The translations under genes were made by a program, and so were the position numbers. From Alphaproteobacteria bacterium (GTDB lineage: Bacteria > Pseudomonadota > Alphaproteobacteria > GCA-2731375): a DNA stretch of 64,000 bases. Below the pieces are notes generated by a model. That model was given only the letters and a program-made list of their open reading frames with translations. It did not search any database and was not told the DNA's origin. Shown here piece by piece: positions 61,229 to 64,000 of the stretch (position 1 is its first letter; every line of letters begins with the position of its first letter). The stretch is taken from assembly GCA_965232515.1 (NCBI GenBank), contig CBDDPY010000002.1, forward strand, positions 4,352,001-4,416,000, read 5' to 3'.

Positions 61229-62965
61229 CTAGGCCGAGACCGCGCCGGCGTTCGCTTCGCCGCGGCGGTTCTTTCGGTTGTTCTCGCGCGTCTGTTCCGG
61301 CAGATCGGCCGCCTTGTCGATGACATAGACGCTCATCGTCTCGGCCCGGCCGCGGACCTGGATCTGATGTTCGGAGAAGTCGGCCGCATCCACACCGGCG
61401 GCGTCGGTGACGGTCCGGCTCAGGATCAGCTGGCTCTTGAACTCCTTGGTCATCGCCTCGAGCCGGCTCGCGGTGTTGACCGAATCGCCGATCGCGGTCA
61501 CCGAGGTGGCGGCGCGAAAGCCCATCTCGCCAACAATTGCTGGCCCCGCATGGATGCCGATACCCATGCGCAGAGGCTCGTCGAGCTCGTTCTTCAGATT
61601 GTCGTTAAGCTCGTCGAGCGCCCGGCCCATGGCGCGGGCCGCGTTGATCGCGTCGCGGCAGCCCTGCTCCAGGCCGTTGTCGACGCCGAACAGCGCCATC
61701 ACGCCGTCGCCGATGAACTTGTCGAGACGACCGCCGGCGGTCTCGACCGCGGTGCCCATCAGCCGGAAATACTGGTTGATCACGAAGACCACGTCGTAGG
61801 GCAGCTTGCTCTCCGAGAATTTCGTGAACGAGCGCAGGTCGGCGAACAGGATGGCGATCTCGCGCTCGCTGCCCTGCAGGTATTGCGGCTTTCGGAAGCC
61901 GTCCTTCGGCTGCGCTGTCGCCGGCAGCAACGGGATGACCGTGACGTCCTGATTCGGTCTGAGCTGGCAGGCGAGCCGCACGTTCACCGGCGCCGCCACC
62001 CGGCGCAGCACCTTGACCTCCTCGTCGCTCGGCGCCGGCAAGCCGACGCTGCCCATGGCGATGCGCACGCGGCAGGTCGAGCAGCGGCCGCGGCCGCCGC
62101 AGACCGACGCATGCGGGATGCCGGCCTGGCGGCTGACATCCAGCACCGAGTAGCCCTGCTCGACGGTCACGCTGCGGCCGTCAGGATAGGAGACGGTGAC
62201 GCGCCGCTTGCGGCGTTCCCACAGCGCCCGGCCGAAGCGCAGCAGCAGCACGGCGCCGATGGTGATCGCCGTACCAAGGCGTGTCGTGTCTGCCCGCGCG
62301 TAAACCCATTCGACCGCCTCAGGTCCCGGCAGATTGATCAGCGCCAGGGTCTGATCGCGCCATAACGGGTCTTTGATCAGGAAGGCGGCCTGCTTGCCCG
62401 CGGCGGCGAACCCCGACAGAGCGGCCGCCGGCAGCAATAGCGCCGCCGCGAACAGGTACGGCTGCAGCTGCAGATAGGCCGGCTTCAGGCGCAGCCAATA
62501 GTGCAGGCCAAGGCAGCCATGGATCCAGACCACCAGCACGGCCAGCGATTGCAGCACGCCCTGCTGCCAGTCCCAGACCCAGAGTGACAGCACAACATAG
62601 GCATAGGTGTCGTTCAGGCCGTAGATCTCGTGCGCGCCACGGTTCGCGATGATATGCGTCGCCAGCATGATCGGGATAACGGCGCCGAATACCACCTGCA
62701 CCGCTTCGCCGAACGGCATGCGCAACGTGCGCCGCCGGAACAGCGCATACAGGACCGACAGGACGTGCAGCACCAGCGCGCCATAGAGCAACACCGTGCC
62801 GACCGGATTGCGCCAGACCGCCAGAAACAAGCGACGCCCGGCCTCCATGGCGTCGAGCGAGATGTTGCCCAGCGCGTGGTTCAGGAAGTGCGTGACGACG
62901 AAGACGAAGAGCAGGCAGCCGGTCCAGAGCCGAATCTTCGGTATGAGGTCTTTCGCCGACAACAC
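61229..62965 (-). CDS. Membrane-anchored class III adenylate cyclase with 2Fe-2S ferredoxin domain (CyaC-like)
   Basis: About 6 TMs with intramembrane His (THFLNH, LVLH, LATH, WIHG); CGGRGRCSTC...RLAC; FADLRSFT, DKFIGDG, GDSVNTASRLE. Confidence 0.9.
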   Translation of the reverse strand: MLSAKDLIPKIRLWTGCLLFVFVVTHFLNHALGNISLDAMEAGRRLFLAVWRNPVGTVLLYGALVLHVLSVLYALFRRRTLRMPFGEAVQVVFGAVIPIMLATHIIANRGAHEIYGLNDTYAYVVLSLWVWDWQQGVLQSLAVLVVWIHGCLGLHYWLRLKPAYLQLQPYLFAAALLLPAAALSGFAAAGKQAAFLIKDPLWRDQTLALINLPGPEAVEWVYARADTTRLGTAITIGAVLLLRFGRALWERRKRRVTVSYPDGRSVTVEQGYSVLDVSRQAGIPHASVCGGRGRCSTCRVRIAMGSVGLPAPSDEEVKVLRRVAAPVNVRLACQLRPNQDVTVIPLLPATAQPKDGFRKPQYLQGSEREIAILFADLRSFTKFSESKLPYDVVFVINQYFRLMGTAVETAGGRLDKFIGDGVMALFGVDNGLEQGCRDAINAARAMGRALDELNDNLKNELDEPLRMGIGIHAGPAIVGEMGFRAATSVTAIGDSVNTASRLEAMTKEFKSQLILSRTVTDAAGVDAADFSEHQIQVRGRAETMSVYVIDKAADLPEQTRENNRKNRRGEANAGAVSA

Positions 62966-63046
62966 CCGATCCCCGATCGCTTTTCCAATGCCCGTCTAGC
63001 GCCCGCCGTTGCCGAGGACCGAAATGGGCGGCGGCACGGCCGGCGC

Positions 63047-64000
63047 TCAGCCCATCCTGTCCGTCACCAGTTGCGCCAGCGATACCGCGGGCCGCGCGCC
63101 GATATGGCTGATGATCTCCGCCGCGGCGATGCCGCCGATGCGCCCGCAATCGTGCAGGCTGCGGCCCTGCGTCAGGCCATGGAGAAAACCGGCGGCGTAG
63201 AGATCGCCGGCCCCGGTGGTGTCCATCACCCGGTCCACCGGTTCGGCGTCGAGCACATGCACCTCGTCGCCGCCGACGACGACCGAGCCCTTCTCGGAGC
63301 GGGTCAATGCGGCGACGCGTACCTGAGCGCGTACGATCTGCAGCGCTTCGTCGAATTCCGAAACCTGATAGAGCGAGAGGATTTCGTCCTCGTTCGCGAA
63401 CAGGATGTCGACATGGTTGGCGACGAGGTCGCGGAACTCGTCGCGATGCCGGTCGACGCAGAAGCCGTCCGACAGCGTCAGCGCGACGCTGCGGCCGGCG
63501 TCATGGGCGATCTGTCCGGCCTTCAGGAACGCCTGCTTCGCCTGCGGTGGGTCCCAAAGATAGCCCTCCATATAGGTTACCTGCGCATCGGCGATCACAT
63601 CAGCGTCGACATCGTCCGGCGTCAGCTCGACGCAGGCGCCGAGGTAGGTGTTCATCGTCCGCTGCGCGTCGGGTGTCACCACGATCAGGCAACGCGCGGT
63701 CGGCGTGCCGCCGTCGGCCGGCGGCGTGGAGAAGTCCACGCCCACGGCGCCGACGTCGTGCCGGAAGATGCGGCCGAGCTGATCGTCGCGCACCTTGCCG
63801 ATGAAGCCGGCCTTGCCGCCGAGGCTGGCGATGCCGGCCATGGTGTTGGCGGCCGAGCCGCCGGACATCTCGGTCCCCGGCGGCATGGCGCCGTAGAGCT
63901 TATCCGCGGTTTCTGTATCGATCAGCGTCATGGCACCCTTGTTCAGGCCATGGGCACTGATGAACGTATCTTCGACACTGGTGATGACATCGACAATAGC
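63047..64000 (-). CDS. PfkB-family adenosine kinase; 5' end runs off the window
   Basis: SGGSAANT, RTMNTYLG, FANEDE, DTTGAGD; frame open to the window edge. Confidence 0.92.
   Translation of the reverse strand, partial: AIVDVITSVEDTFISAHGLNKGAMTLIDTETADKLYGAMPPGTEMSGGSAANTMAGIASLGGKAGFIGKVRDDQLGRIFRHDVGAVGVDFSTPPADGGTPTARCLIVVTPDAQRTMNTYLGACVELTPDDVDADVIADAQVTYMEGYLWDPPQAKQAFLKAGQIAHDAGRSVALTLSDGFCVDRHRDEFRDLVANHVDILFANEDEILSLYQVSEFDEALQIVRAQVRVAALTRSEKGSVVVGGDEVHVLDAEPVDRVMDTTGAGDLYAAGFLHGLTQGRSLHDCGRIGGIAAAEIISHIGARPAVSLAQLVTDRMG

Overview
High-GC alphaproteobacterial chromosome segment, Rhodospirillales-like by gene order (inference). It spans the probable replication origin. The backbone is yggS-porin-DUF3576-leuS-lptE-holA, then parB-parA-rsmG-mnmG-mnmE with two perfect parS sites, rho-hemJ-hemH-hemE, the oriC candidate (~37.7-38.1 kb), ppsR(DUF299)-maf-aroE-coaE-dnaQ, secB-fxsA-tim44-mltA-smr, hslUV and hisB-H-A-F-E-HIT. 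No rRNA, tRNA, CRISPR array, transposase, integrase or reverse transcriptase was seen. The most notable accessory features are: (1) a 265-bp MITE-like structured element inserted in frame at codon 2/3 of an apparently leaderless mnmG, creating a uORF, a hairpin-sequestered new start codon and an adjacent parS at the head of the mnmG-rsmG-parA-parB operon; (2) three tandem, mosaic, very acidic porin paralogues with a shared upstream TGT-N12-ACA motif, flanked by a methyltransferase, a GT9-like glycosyltransferase, a 2OG-Fe(II)-like oxygenase and two sulfotransferases, with a duplication junction that may have created a new 68-aa gene; (3) an unrecognised 352-aa gene interrupting the origin-proximal operon; (4) a PHO-box-preceded CYTH-CHAD gene plus sixA inside the his operon; (5) a bacterial Nav channel, a CyaC-like heme/2Fe-2S adenylate cyclase and a 46-aa lipoprotein. 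All calls come from reading the sequence; no database search was run.
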